DNA from: Octopus sinensis | Lineage: Eukaryota | Assembly: GCF_006345805.1 (NCBI RefSeq) | Contig: NC_043015.1 | Location: forward strand, 38,068,001-38,132,000 | Direction: 5' to 3' | DNA length: 64,000 nt | Position numbers and translations under genes: made by a program | Shown here: positions 40,598 to 54,636 of the stretch, piece by piece | Position numbering within the stretch: the first letter of the stretch is position 1 | Layout: every line of letters begins with the position of its first letter | Notes under the pieces: generated by a model | Seen by the model: the letters and a program-made list of their open reading frames with translations, nothing else | Databases searched by the model: none | What the model was told of the DNA's origin: nothing

Positions 40598-40770
40598 CAG
40601 GCTCAGAAGTGGTTGAGTGATTAAACAGTTCATTTTTCAACTACATGGTCTGGGCTTCAGTTTCATAGCGTGGCACTTCTGGAAAGTGCCTTCTGTTACT
40701 TCTGTTACAACTTCCGACCGACCAGTTCCTTATGAGTGAATTTCGTGGACGTAAACTGTGAATGACCGTC

Positions 40771-40811
<41 letters not shown>

Positions 40812-41120
40812 TAGGCAAATCGTTGATAAACGGCGAATTTAAAAATAAAAACAAAAGTGAAATGGACGTACCCATTGAATATAGTAATTTGACGCTCGAT
40901 GTTAGTTTTAGATGTATGTGTGTGAGTGTGTGTGTTTGTCTACCTCACCACTTGACAGCCGGTGCTGGTTTGTTTACGTTCCTGTAATTAGCAGTTCGGT
41001 AAAAGAATTCGATAGAACAAATATGAAAATAATGGTCTTAATCTGTTCGACTAAGCGGTGAAGGCGGTGCCCCACCATGGCTGTTGTTCAATGTGTTAAA
41101 CAGCTGAACAATAAAAAAAA
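40598..41120 (+). mobile_element. Degenerate SINE family B copy
   Basis: Head at ~40600-40770; tail AAGGCGGTGCCCCACCATGGCT at ~41060. Confidence 0.6.
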
Positions 41121-41511
41121 ATGTAAACATCCACTGAGCAGGGACACAGAAAAGGATTTGTTTGGAAGGACGATATGTGACAGCGCCAGTCGGCAATCCT
41201 ACGAGAAATGTTAAATCAGCTTAATTCAAACGAGAAGTTGGGAAAGTCATTCAGACATTTGTTGTTTCTTGAAAATAGTTCGGGAAATTGAAGAAACAAT
41301 CTTGTCTTTACAGCGTTCAGATAAGTGGGGAACCAACAAGTGTCAACATCCTGTTGCATTAGAATTTCCAGCACAATTGACGGTTGTTGTATAAAGAGAT
41401 AATACCCACAATGTAATAAGTATCATTCAGTAAGTTACATTCAAAACTAAACACCAAAACTTAAGTACCGCCAAAGTCAAACAGATCATGAAAGTCACAA
41501 GGAGGAAGCCT

Positions 41512-41659
41512 GTATATATATATATGTATATATATGTATATATATATACACATGTATATATATATATGTACATATATATATGTATATATATATATATGTA
41601 CATATATATATGTATATATATATATATGTACATATATATATGTATATATATATATGTAC

Positions 41660-41690
<31 letters not shown>

Positions 41691-41700
41691 TGTACATATA

Positions 41701-41740
<40 letters not shown>

Positions 41741-41818
41741 TATATATATGTATATATATATATGTACATATATATGTACATATATATGTATATATATATA
41801 TATGTACATATATATATG

Positions 41819-41851
<33 letters not shown>

Positions 41852-42007
41852 CTATATATATATATATATTATATGTATATATATATATGTACATATATTA
41901 TATGTATATATATGTATATATATACATATGTACATATATATGTACATATATATGTATATATATATGTATATATATATATATGTATATATAATATGTATAT
42001 ATATATG

Positions 42008-42078
<71 letters not shown>

Positions 42079-42120
42079 GTATATATATATATATGTATAT
42101 ATATGTATATTATATATGTA

Positions 42121-42179
<59 letters not shown>

Positions 42180-42192
42180 ATATATGTATATA
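41512..42192. repeat. (TA)n array with TGTACA interruptions
   Basis: Direct inspection. Confidence 0.95.
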
Positions 42193-42221
42193 TCTTTCTG
42201 TATATGTATTTGTACGTATGT

Positions 42222-43670
42222 ATGAAGCAACAGTGGAGGGAGCCAAATGCTAAAACTCTACAAGAATCAGCTGACAAACATGACATGAAAGATCTTTATC
42301 AAAATTTGAAGTGGATGTTTGATCCAAGTAAACAGGGGTCCTAACCTTTCTACAACAGGAAATTTTTTCACAGATTGCAATGACATGAAACGTTGGGCAG
42401 AAAATCTTAAAGATGTACTTAATAGAGATTCAAAATCTAGACATGAACTCAATCAAAAATATCTCCCAAAGACTAGTAATTGGCTCTCTTTTATTGGACC
42501 CAGCAACATTTCAAAACAAGGACTAAAGTTGCATCTCAGACAATAAGAGACTTACTGTTTACAGATGATTGTGCCCTAGTTGCTCATACACTTGAGAACA
42601 TGTATCACATCATTGACAGAGTTGCAGAAGCAGCCAGACCTTTTGGCTAAACTATCAGCATAAAAAGACCGAACCGTTATATCAGCCACCTCCTGGAAAC
42701 AATCTAGAAATCTTTCCCGGCGTGTTTGTTAAAGGCAAAGCTCAAAACCGTGATGCTTTCAATTATTTGTGTTCTACAGTAATAAACGATACTAAATCGA
42801 TAAAGAGCTCCAAACTCGTATTGGAAAGACCAGTACAGCTTTTGGGAAGCTTTATGATCGACTTTTGAATGATGTCTCAGTACGGACAAAAATTGAGTAT
42901 ATAAGTCAGTTGTCCTAACAACTCTTTTATATGGAGCAAAGATCAGGACACCTTATCGTAGGCGGCACATCAGTCAGCTGAACAAATTTCATATGGGATG
43001 TCTCAGGCAAATATGCAACGTCGAGTGGGATGATAGTAAAGAATAACATTATCCCGAAAATAAATGGAATATCTGATTTAACTTATAGATGCTTTCTTGA
43101 TTAAGTCTCAGTTGCGGAGTTGTGGAAACATCATTCGCATAGTGGTCGAATGCCAAAGCAAATCTTTCATGGTCAGCTTGTAAATTCACGACTTAATGTA
43201 GCCTGTCACTTCTACGGTATGAGGACAAAGTTGAAAAAAATTTGAAAGGCTAGGGTATTAGGAATGAAAACTTTGAGAATCTTGCGAGAAACTGGCGCAG
43301 AGAATGCTTTTCTCAGCTTCAAAAATTTCGAAACTCAAAGGAACAATATCAAAAGCAGTTACGGGAAGACAGAAAAAGGAAGCAACAGAACAACAGTCTT
43401 CTCACGAACCACCATTGTTCACATTGCAATTTCTCAGTTAGATCACGTGCTGATTTAATAAGTCATGCTCATGCTGATGTCCAAATTGGTTTTGGTGGTC
43501 TGAAAATTCGAATGAGAAGTAATCAGGTGAAGTGAATGAACTGTAAATGGTCGAGAATGGTAGTAATAGTAATGTGGGAGTGTGTAGTTGATTGCCTATT
43601 CGCCTGGAGTTTTTTCTGTATTCTCGCTGAACACTCATTCGTCGTCTTTGGCTGGGGAGTACTTCTTGTC
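42222..43670 (+). mobile_element. RTE-clade LINE, internally deleted and decayed
   Basis: [73 protein letters not shown]. Confidence 0.85.
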
Positions 43671-43754
43671 TGCATACATACATGCACACATACATACATA
43701 ATACATACATACATGCAGGCACACATGCATGCATGAACACATACATACAGAACA

Positions 43755-44410
43755 CCTATGCTAAACGATTGAGAAACCTGTAGTTACTCTATCCAGATTA
43801 CAAGTTCGGGTTTATACCTGTAATTATTGGGGCACTGGGATTTGTAACACACTGCCTAAATACCGATCATGAGAAATTAGGCTTCTCAAAACCAGAAAGA
43901 AGAAAGCTGATTCGAAGACTACAGATCCAATCCATCACTGGAACTGTAAAAATCTGCAAAAAATTTCTAGAAGTTTATCACTTAAATATATATATGAGCA
44001 TGTCTACATATGCAACTATATGCATGAGAATACATACATAAAACATCCAAATCTACACATATATATATACTTACGTACATACATACATACATACATACAT
44101 ACATACATACATACATACAAAAATACCTTGTTAATGTTGTCCAAATTCCAATGAAGGAACCTTAGATCTAGGTTAGAAACCGACTCTTTCTCTATTGGCA
44201 AGAAATCTTGAAATAAAACTTGATAATAACATACATACGTACATACATTTAAATAAATATAAGCATGTCTAGATATGAAACTATACACATGAGAATACAT
44301 ATATAAAGCAAAACATATAAATATGTACATATACATGATACATACATGCATACAAATAAAAATACCGTCGTTGATGTTGAAATTCCAATGAAGGAGCCTT
44401 GGATATTTAA
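43755..44410 (+). mobile_element. R4/Dong-type LINE 3' end ((CATA)n-associated subfamily) with tandemly repeated 3' UTR
   Basis: LLYPDYKFGFIPVIIGALG...QSITGTVKICK; UTR motif GAAATTCCAATGAAGGA repeated; similar to 56567-57000. Confidence 0.8.
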
Positions 44411-44713
44411 TTTTAATCACTCTCGGTACATCTCCTCAGATTGTACTGTCCTCAGATTGATACCCAAACATTCTGAAATTTTCGCATCGGAGCTTCCGGC
44501 GCGAATGCCAAACAGTACAACATGTCGGTTCTAAATTTGTGGCAGAGTGAATTGCGTCATGCTGCTGTTTTTCGTACAGACGCTACCCAACTGACCCTAC
44601 TATACTGTGTAGTCGACAAAATAAAATAAAAAACAATGCGCATGCGCGAATTTAGAAAATACAAAATGGCACTGTATATATATACATACAAACATACACA
44701 CGCACGCATACAC

Positions 44714-44765
<52 letters not shown>

Positions 44766-44848
44766 CCTGACGAGATTGGTCCCTACAACGATCCTACAAA
44801 GCTTTAAGTTGCATGGGGCCAAATCAAATGGTTTTAACTACAACAATA

Positions 44849-44907
<59 letters not shown>

Positions 44908-45599
44908 ATAAATGCATATATATATATGTATTTATATTTGATGCCTGTAATTGTATAACTATTTTAATCAAATGGTTAAAATGCCCTTTCATACAAGGAA
45001 GAACTCAATACAATGGAATGAAGCGTTAAACTTTTGTATATACGCGGACAAACCGACCCATTATTGTACAAATGTTTCAAAACTGATTCCGGACTTAATA
45101 GGGATTTTCAGAGATATCGACATACCGGTCGCTAAATATTATTGTTATTATTGTTAGCGGTAGTTCTGTGTATAAATACTGCCCCACCCCTGTTTGTAGT
45201 GACAATATACACATGAAATTAAACTAAAAGATAAATATATAAATAAATGAATAAATAAACAAAACGAAAATATAAACCCAATGTCAAAATGCAATAAAAG
45301 AAGACAACCGGTGCATTCCGTTGAAATCAAGTGCAGAATGTGATGCACCGGAAGTTGTTATAAATACAACCAACACGTGACATGAAAATAAGAAGATTCA
45401 CTGCCGCTGGGAGATGACGGTTCATTGCTTAGCACACACACATGCGCACGCGCACGTACACATTCATACACATGTATGAATATAAAGAAATATGCTCATA
45501 GATTCATATCTATGCACATGTAGGGAACGTACGCATAAACACGCACACACACACACGTGCAAACGCGAGCATGCACTCTCAAACAAGCACAAGCACCAG

Positions 45600-47290
45600 T
45601 TTCTCATCTTTATGCCAAATCATTATATCAGGTCTGTTGTGCTTACATTTTATTGAGCTCTTCACTGGGACATTCCACCAGTATTATGAGAGGTTATAGG
45701 TTCTTATTTCTTTGTTATCGAGATTATCCTTTCGACAGATTTCATTATAGATTATCCTAGCTACAACGTCATGTCTCATCGGCAGATAATACCGTGATGA
45801 CATTTTCGGACCACTGCTTATAATGTGGGTGATATCTTTAGTGTGAACTCCACCAAGTCTGCATCGGTTGTCACATTTTCCAGCTTTTCCAGCATCTCTA
45901 TCCCTTTTGTGCATCAGGTACTTGGTTGATATTTCCTGTTCCCGGATTGCAAATGCATACCCTTTAAAGTGGGAGATAGTAATCCGGCTATCCGTCCATG
46001 ATAAACAGTTTTGAGATCGATGTTACTATCATCTCGGAGCTTTTTACAAACATATCCATGCATAGTCTTCTGCTCACACAGGCTCATCCTTTCATCTGGT
46101 ATTTTGCGGTAGAGTCGTGCGTCTTCTTTGGGCATGCATTCTAGGTTATCATACAAAGAGTATTGCTCAAGGAGCTGCCTTCCAAGTCTAATGATGTTAT
46201 CAGCCTCATGCCTGCAAACTTGGTTACGGGATGCACTTTGGCACTTGGTGGTTAAAAGATGTTGCCGAAGGGATATGATGCGACATTCAAATGCATTTTG
46301 GATAGATGTTAAGCCTCTGCCGCCTTGGTGACGTAGGAGCGGTCTACGTCACTGTTTATGTGAAAATTATGTGTGCTTGTTAGTATTTTTCAGGTTTTCA
46401 CACCAATGGCTCGGATCTCATCAAGAGTCCAGTCAAGTAGCCCAAAATGTTGGTATGAGTACTGGCACTGTATACACATTGTGAGCCACTGTTTTATTGA
46501 ATGCAGTAAGTTCTGAGGCCCAAATTTTCTTTATTCGGCTGTAATATTCTTTAGTGATACGTGTTTTGTTACAGGTGCCATTGTAAGATATATTTTCATC
46601 CACCCATAGATACCTGTAACATTCCTCGTCAAATGCAGGGGAAACATATCATTGGAGATGTTTGTCTGGTTTATAGTTATTCCCCTTCTCACAACCATAT
46701 ATCAACATTTATCCTGACCAAACCCCAATCCTACATCCCTTGAGAATGTTGTAACGAGGTCACAGCTCTTTTTCATCTCTTGCATATTCTTTGCATAAAG
46801 TTTTAAGTCATCCACAAACAGTGTGTAATTTTGGTATTTCTGTTTCCTTGTGAACCAGTGAGCTATCCTTCAGACTTCCTTAATATGACTGACAAGGGGT
46901 TTACAGAAAATATAAACAACATCGCAGAGAGGCTGTCTCCTTGGAATATGCCTTTGCGATATTGTATTCTATCGGTGATAATTCAGTCACTTTTTGTGTT
47001 TAATTTCAAGATAATGGCCCACGATGAAGTCAGATCAGCTATGGCTTTACCTATTCTCCCTGAAACTTTAGCAAGTTGAAGGTCTTCTAGCATCCATGAG
47101 TGGGGAACAGAGTCAAATGCTTTCTTGTAGTCTAGTCACATCGAAACTAGGTTCCTCCTATGCTCCCTCACCTCTGACATCACAGTTTGTTGATTAACAG
47201 TTGCTCGGCACATCCCCAGACTCCCTTCTTCCCAGCTGCTGGTTTTGCTGTGATAATGTTATTGGCTTCATAATGGTCCTGGATGGTCCA
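45600..47290 (-). mobile_element. R4/Dong-type LINE fragment (RT to zinc knuckle), (CATA)n-associated subfamily
   Basis: Minus strand: DYKKAFDSVPHSWM, GIFQGDSLS, FVDDLK, CRL..VHTKDITHIISS.PKMSSRYYLPMRHDVVA; abuts (TATG)n. Confidence 0.88.
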
Positions 47291-47860
47291 CTATGTATGT
47301 ATGTATGTATGTATGTATGTATGTATGTATGTATGTATGTATGTATGTATGTATGTATGTATGTATGTATGCATGCATGTATGTATGTGTGTCTGCATGC
47401 ATATATATATGCATATATGTATATGTATATCTATCTACATATATATGTGTGTGTGTGTGTTTATATATAAAGAGGAGGAGAGAGCTTAAGTTGCTATGAA
47501 AGCAGGATACGTTCGCAATAATAACAAAATAAATAAGCGCGGGCGCGCACACAAACATATTTGATAATGCTTTCATTTCCATATATTTGTTTGCAGTGGA
47601 TGTAAACATAGTGAGGTTCACGACTAATGAAGACTATAGGATATCAACCCACTGACCGAAGAATCATCGTTCGGTTTCCGGTGATAGGCGTTATGCCGTA
47701 ACCATGTCAAATACACCATATCTCCCGCTATATCAAAAGGAATCGTGTAGAGTTTGACCTTTTATCGTTATATAAGTATGCTGAGCCACGCAGAAATCTT
47801 ACTTGTAATTTAAAATGTATAATTTCCGTTAACATCGTAACATCGTTGTACAACTTGCAC

Positions 47861-47896
<36 letters not shown>

Positions 47897-48190
47897 GAGA
47901 GAGAGAGAGAAAGAGAGAGAGAGAGCGATTATAATGAGTCGTAATAATAACGAAATAAGGCATTTGTCAGTGCGATCCTCATTTGTTGTTGTGGAAGATG
48001 TCTACGACCAAGCTACGGAGCTTAGTTTCATGGTAAGACTAAATACTCATGGATATGACTTTGGATATGTATATTTATTATATTGCAAATAGTCTAGTCG
48101 ACCTCTGTCGACCTTTCTTGGTGCTGACCTGGTTGAAGCTAGTAAGGGCATGCCGTATGATCCGTATTGTAAGTACACACGCACACACAC

Positions 48191-48252
<62 letters not shown>

Positions 48253-48879
48253 GATGCTGACAATATGATAAACCATAAATAAAAATGTCAGAAATGTTGT
48301 TTAGCCTCAGGTTAGCTATGACCGAGTAAAATAACTACGATGACAGACTTACCATCCATGACCGTCTCTCGTGTTTAGGCGTATACAGAACTAATTTATA
48401 CAATGCCTGTTTTCCTTACTTAAAATGGTATTGTGATTTGAGATAGATTTGTGTTCTATTTCTTGCTGGCCTTTATAGCTGCAGTTATGCTTAAAACACA
48501 ACAACAACAACTTCAACAACAACAAGAAGCGCTAATAACAAAACCAGAGCAAACAGACCCGATATTATCACCGAATAGTTAAACACTGAAAATAAAGAGT
48601 AATTTGTACTCTTGTAGAATCTGAAATTGTGATTTTAGGGAAACTGTGATAATAATGCATCCAAAAGATTACGGGAGATAACGTCTCTACGATGTTGATA
48701 TTAAAAATAAGGGGCCTTCAGCTGTTTTGGCGTTTCCTTTCCTACACTTTTGTTATTCTTTTATTCGATATAAAGATTTCGTTTGTTATTTAAGTATAGA
48801 CTAACGTCACTAAAAATAACAAAAGCTGAACAAAAACTTGGGTCAGCTTTACTTGTGAAGCGACATAAAGGATCGTACC

Positions 48880-49700
48880 ATCTTTCTTGTGACAGAAAAC
48901 ACCTGTTATGCCATTTTTGTCACACAAAGAAACACGGTCCTTGTTTTCTTGCAACACAAACAATCTAACACCGCCTTCCTTGTGACACAAAACAATCTGT
49001 ATTGTCTTTTTGTCACACACAGAAAGAGGATCTTAACTTTCTTGTGATACAAACAGGCAATAAGCCCTTTTTGTGAAACAAAGCACTTGTTATGTCTTCC
49101 TTTGAACACAGAGAAACCTGGTTCTTGTTTTCCTAGCACACAATCTGATATCACTTTTCTTATGACAAAAAACACCTGTTTTATCTTTCTAGAAACACAA
49201 TTTGATTTCCTGTGGCACAGACAATCCAAAGCTGTCTTTCTTGTGAAATAAGATCTTTTATATCTTTCTTGTCACATAAAAGAAACTTTTGCCACTTTTC
49301 TTGTGATACCCAATCTATCACCACCTTTCCGGTGACACATAACACCTGTTATGTCAGTCTTGTAATACAAACAAATGTAGTCTTTGTTTTATTGTGACAC
49401 AAGAGAATCCGCTTACCTTGCTTGTAGCTCAAGAGAATCTATTTATCTATCTTTCAGTACAACCCACACCAAAAAACAAAACAAAACAAAAAAACAATGT
49501 CTTGTTTTCTTGTAAAAAAAGGACTTACTTTTGTAGCAAATATACCTGATCTTGGCTTTCTTGTTTGCCTCCTAATCTAGTTCCATCTTTCATATGACAC
49601 AAGAACATTTGGTTTTCATGCGACACGGTCATGACTTTCTTGTGACTCAAAACAGCCTGCTCGAGTCTTCGTTTTTACACGAAATCACTTGTTCTACCTT
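48880..49700. repeat. Degenerate minisatellite, ~28-31 bp period, core TTTCTTGTGACACAA, with ~88 bp higher-order periodicity
   Basis: Roughly 25 recurrences of TT(C/T)TTGT(G/C)A(C/A)ACAA-like cores separated by variable ~15 bp linkers. Confidence 0.8.
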
Positions 49701-50304
49701 AACCCATTTTCCTCTTTGACTCAGGCTATGGACTGGCCTATATCTGCATTTGAATAGCAATAACTCATTGAAGATCAGTTGGTTCTGTCGTAAGGGGGAA
49801 GAGGAGAGAGGGTAGAGAAGAAATGGGGAAGTGGAGAGTTACAAAAACAACTTCAGATAAAATACTTTTACGTTCTAAGTTCAAATGTGACCGGGTTATT
49901 TCTTATCTTCTAACCTTCCTTGGGGCAACAAATCAGCAACGCAAAAACTGGGTTCGATTAAGTCAAAATAAACAAAAAATAACCTAAGTAACCACCACCA
50001 CCACCACCACCACCTCAACAACAACTACCACCACCACCACAACTACCACCGCCGTCATTATTATTATCTTCGGCTCTATACGTTCCGTGTTCGAATTCCG
50101 TCGAGGTCATATCTCTCATCTCTCTCATCTCTCTAGCATCGAAAAAATAAAATGCCAGCCAGGTACTGGGATTGATGGCATTGACAATTTCCCCCTTCCC
50201 TCAAAGTTGCATTATCATCATCGTCGTCATTAGTGTTTCCGGGTCTTTGTGTTCTAAGTTCTCATCCTGGCGACGTCAAATTTCTTTGTTATTCACTCGG
50301 GGTT

Positions 50305-50720
50305 ATCTTTTACTTTTTACCCTTTTCAGTCTATTGACTGCAACCACGATGGAACACCACCTTGAAGGATTTTAGACGAATAAAGTGAGCCAAGTATGAT
50401 GTTTAATGTTTGGTAGTTATTCTTTCGATTTCTCTTGCCGAACTGATAAAATATAGGGACGTAAACAAACCAAATCCGGTTGTCAAGAGATGAAGGGGTT
50501 GAACAAACAAAAGTACAAAAGCACAGGCCCATACAAACATACATTTGCATATAAACGACAGGTTTCCACGCAGTTTCCGTCTCCAAAGTTCACTCGTAAG
50601 GCATTGATCGGTTTGGGTTATACCAGAAGACACATGCTGAATATGAAGCGCAGAGGGATTGAACCCGCATCTACACGAATACAAAGCGAGCTTCTTAGCC
50701 ATACAACCATGCATACGCCT
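50305..50720 (-). mobile_element. Degenerate SINE family B copy
   Basis: Similarity to 39456-39847 along its length. Confidence 0.7.
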
Positions 50721-51669
50721 GTTAAAAGTATGAAACGCTTATGAATTTCAGTGTGCAGATGTTAATTTTCCCGATATCGTTCCAATTTTAGAATATATTT
50801 GTGCTGCCAAAGCAAGTTGATAAAATAAATCAACAGTGAAGAACTAAGATTTATGCCACTCACTCAATGCCACTTTATGCCACTCACTCAACATTTCTGA
50901 TCTTAAGCTTATCTTAAAGAATCTTGTTCTTTGGTTAACTGAAATTATTTAGCGTAATGCATTGCGACCCGAAAAGTAATGGTTTCAAATTTTGGCAAAG
51001 ACCAGCAATTTTATGGGTTGTGGTAGAATCGATTACATCGAACTTAGTGTTCAACTTATTTTATCGATTCAGGCGACATGCCAATAAGCATTTTGCGCAG
51101 TGTGCTAACAATTCTATAAGATCGCAACGTAGGATTTGCTGTGCTTTGAACTCACAAATTTTGAGTAAGTAACTCAACACCTTACTCACTCTGCTATGTG
51201 GTCCTTTCTTTATGGCCATGCAGAATTAATTAATTAACATTCTTCTAAATTTACCTAATGAGTTTTTAATGGTTTGCATCTTCTATAAAATTAAAACACT
51301 CTAAATTATGTGACCCAATGACTGCCTGATTCTTTATATATTCACATTTAAATTTAATTAACATGATTAAAGTTATGTTGCTTAATGAGATCTTAATGGT
51401 TTAATCAAGAGAAAGGAGAATGTTCTATGATCTTTGACCCCCGCTCTCCCACAGTTGATGAGATTTATAAGGACTAAATTGCCTTACTAAAGTGAAAACA
51501 AACTCCGTTTTTAAGGAAAGTTCGATATTAAAGAGATTTAAAAATCTATTGATTTCTGTTGATTTGATCATACAATCATTGTTGGCATGAAGACGTGAGA
51601 GACACCGGGTCGCCATAAATATATCATCATCATCAAATACTGGACATTATAATCTCAAGTGCAAGAACT

Positions 51670-51892
51670 GAAAGGGCTGGTTACCCAATTTCCATGGCCT
51701 ATAAGTGGCTGAGATCACAACATTTCCATCCGAACGGGAAACCAATCCGTGGCAGGGTTATTCCTTTACAGCTGAATGGATGGGGCAACATGAAGTGTTT
51801 TTCTTAAGAAACAAGCGCACCACTAGGCCCGGGAATCGAACCCACGGTCTTACGAACATGAGCACAACACCCCAGCACTAGGCCGCACGTTT
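51670..51892 (-). mobile_element. tRNA-derived SINE of a further family (CORE-like)
   Basis: Minus strand: GCGGCCTAGTGCTGGGGTG A-box-like and GGGTTCGATTCCCGG B-box. Confidence 0.55.
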
Positions 51893-53093
51893 TCATTAAA
51901 GCGTATAGCTGGAATATATTTAATCAGTTGTTGTGTGATATAAGAAGTTTAAAAGAAATGATTTTCATGGGGCTCGAACTCTGAATGTGCAGCTGACCGG
52001 ATGTGGTCTCTCTCTCTCTCTTTACTTCCCCGCGGAACGGGTGCAGACAAGGAGTTTCCTCCATTGTTATAGAACGAGAATATAATTGAACGATCTTTTG
52101 ATAATTCATTTTATCAGCACTGGACGGAAGAAATGTCAAGTCTAACCCTTCACGATATGAACTTAAAAAGATGAAGCGGCGTAATTAGATTACTATTCTT
52201 TACCTTTTCTGCCATTTCGTCATACGATGAAGCAGTGAAAGAAAAGAAAAAAACAAAAAATGCCCACCTTCGATCTATTTCGGTTTGGTTGACAACGATG
52301 CAGGTTATTCATGCGTATGTTTGCTGCGGTCAGTCTCTTTATCAGCGTGATATTTCGTGATAAAATCCTTCTTTCATCTTGCTGAAACGGCCATAAAACG
52401 GCCATCACTCGTCGACCGTCTCTCCTGGTTGGCAGCCCCATTCCCACCCCAGTCAATCAAAATCGAGAGGATACATTTATTTAAACCGCAGCTCAAGTAA
52501 AACTTACTGTCTTTGTTGTTGTTCTTTACGTCTAGGTTAACCCTGATCAAGCTGACGTTTAATCAGAAACTTTTCAACCGTGAGATCGTCTTGATGATTC
52601 GATATCTTGATACAGTGCTTTCTCATGTAGTAGCAGCTCACGAGTTCTCATTTTCCTTCCACCAACAGATTCAATGGTTCTGAAAAAGGCTTTGGACGTT
52701 TATCTTCAAACACTGCAAGACCTGAGCATAATGGATTTACTATTTCAATATATCCAAAAAATAAAATTGAATAGCCACAGGCACTGTCTGAATTTGAAAT
52801 AAGAACTCTAAGCAACACAACTAAATATTGCATAGCGTTTAGCCGACTGATTCATCGTTGTATAATACCAGCAGCGCCCTCTATTGATGTCTCTTCAAAA
52901 TATATTAATTTGCTTGGAAATTCAATTTCATTTATATTTGTTTTGATGGTGATTTGGTGGATGGGCATTCTTATACTTTACGTGATATAAATGTGCATGT
53001 GATTTAAATATTTAGACATATATTACATGCATACATATAGGAATACACACACATACACACATACATACATACATACATACATACATACATACA

Positions 53094-53125
<32 letters not shown>

Positions 53126-53400
53126 GGAATACACACACATACATACATATTAGAAACAAGTTCTTTTTCTATTGGCAAGAAATCTTGAAATAAAACTGAA
53201 CAATGTCATACATACAGGTAGGCATGCATACGTACTTCCACACACACACGCAAAAGTATATATAAAATAGTTATGTATGAATTATATATATATATATCTT
53301 TCATCAATTTAATATTTTTTTTATATATATTCGATTAAAATTTATAAATTTATATAAATATATGTATGTATTAATTTCTATATGTATATATATACATTAT

Positions 53401-53477
<77 letters not shown>

Positions 53478-53541
53478 ATACACACACACACACACTCATA
53501 TATATATACAGGGAGAGAGAGAGTGTGTGTGTGAGAGAGAG

Positions 53542-53581
<40 letters not shown>

Positions 53582-54466
53582 AGAAAGAGAGTGGGAGGGA
53601 AAGCCTTAGAGAAGGAGAGAAATAAAAACATACATACCTCCCAACCCAAGAACGGAATTTTATGAAGATAGTTATTAAATAATTACTTTGTGATATTCAT
53701 CCAAATTTTAATGATAAGCTAGCAGAAAATGAAGGAGATTATTATGATACTAGTTATCCTAATCTCTTAATCTTTTCATTAATCTATTCCGAGATTCTCG
53801 TTAAGTTCCTTTATTTACAAACTATTTTCTGCAGGAAATGTTCTGTAACTAATTATTGTATTCTTTCCTTTTTCTCTTTTCATTTCTCTCTTTAGTTAAT
53901 TAAAATCATAATGTCCGCCATGTTTTTCTTCTTCATATGTAATTATTGGCCGCCATTTTTTTTCGCCTCACCATGTAAATCATAATTGCTTTGTGTTATA
54001 TAATGGCGTTTTTTTGTTTATATTGTGTGGTTTGTTACTTGAATTGCGGTGGTTAATGGAATGAGTAAAGGACTGGGAACAGAGGGTAGGAAGAGATGCG
54101 TTTATCGATGTGCGGAGACGGAGAGAAGGTTTCTGTTCACTGTTGGTCGATTTGACTTCAATTACAGCACTAATTACTTTGGGAAAGGCATGAAATCCAG
54201 TCCTTCATAATCACAAATGTACAAACATACACACAGACTAACGTAGTCAGATGTATATAGTAAAATACTTGCATGAACATATACATATGTATACATAAAA
54301 ATATGTAACAACAGAGGAACACATTCCCACACACGTGAATACATTTATATAAATATGCATGTATATATGTTTATGTGCATATATATATATATATTATATA
54401 TATATATATATATGTTTATGTGTATATATATGTATGTATATATATATTTGCATATACATACATACA

Positions 54467-54502
<36 letters not shown>

Positions 54503-54636
54503 TACACGCATACATACATACATACATACATACATACATACATACATGCATGCATGCATGCATGCATGCATACATACATACATACATACATACATACATA
54601 CATACATACATACATACATACATACATACATACATA

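Noticed and set aside
48880-49700. CRISPR-like appearance (conserved palindromic core plus variable spacers)
   Set aside because: Cores are only ~11-15 bp and degenerate, linkers are ~15 bp and related to one another, there are no cas genes, and the context is eukaryotic; kept as a minisatellite
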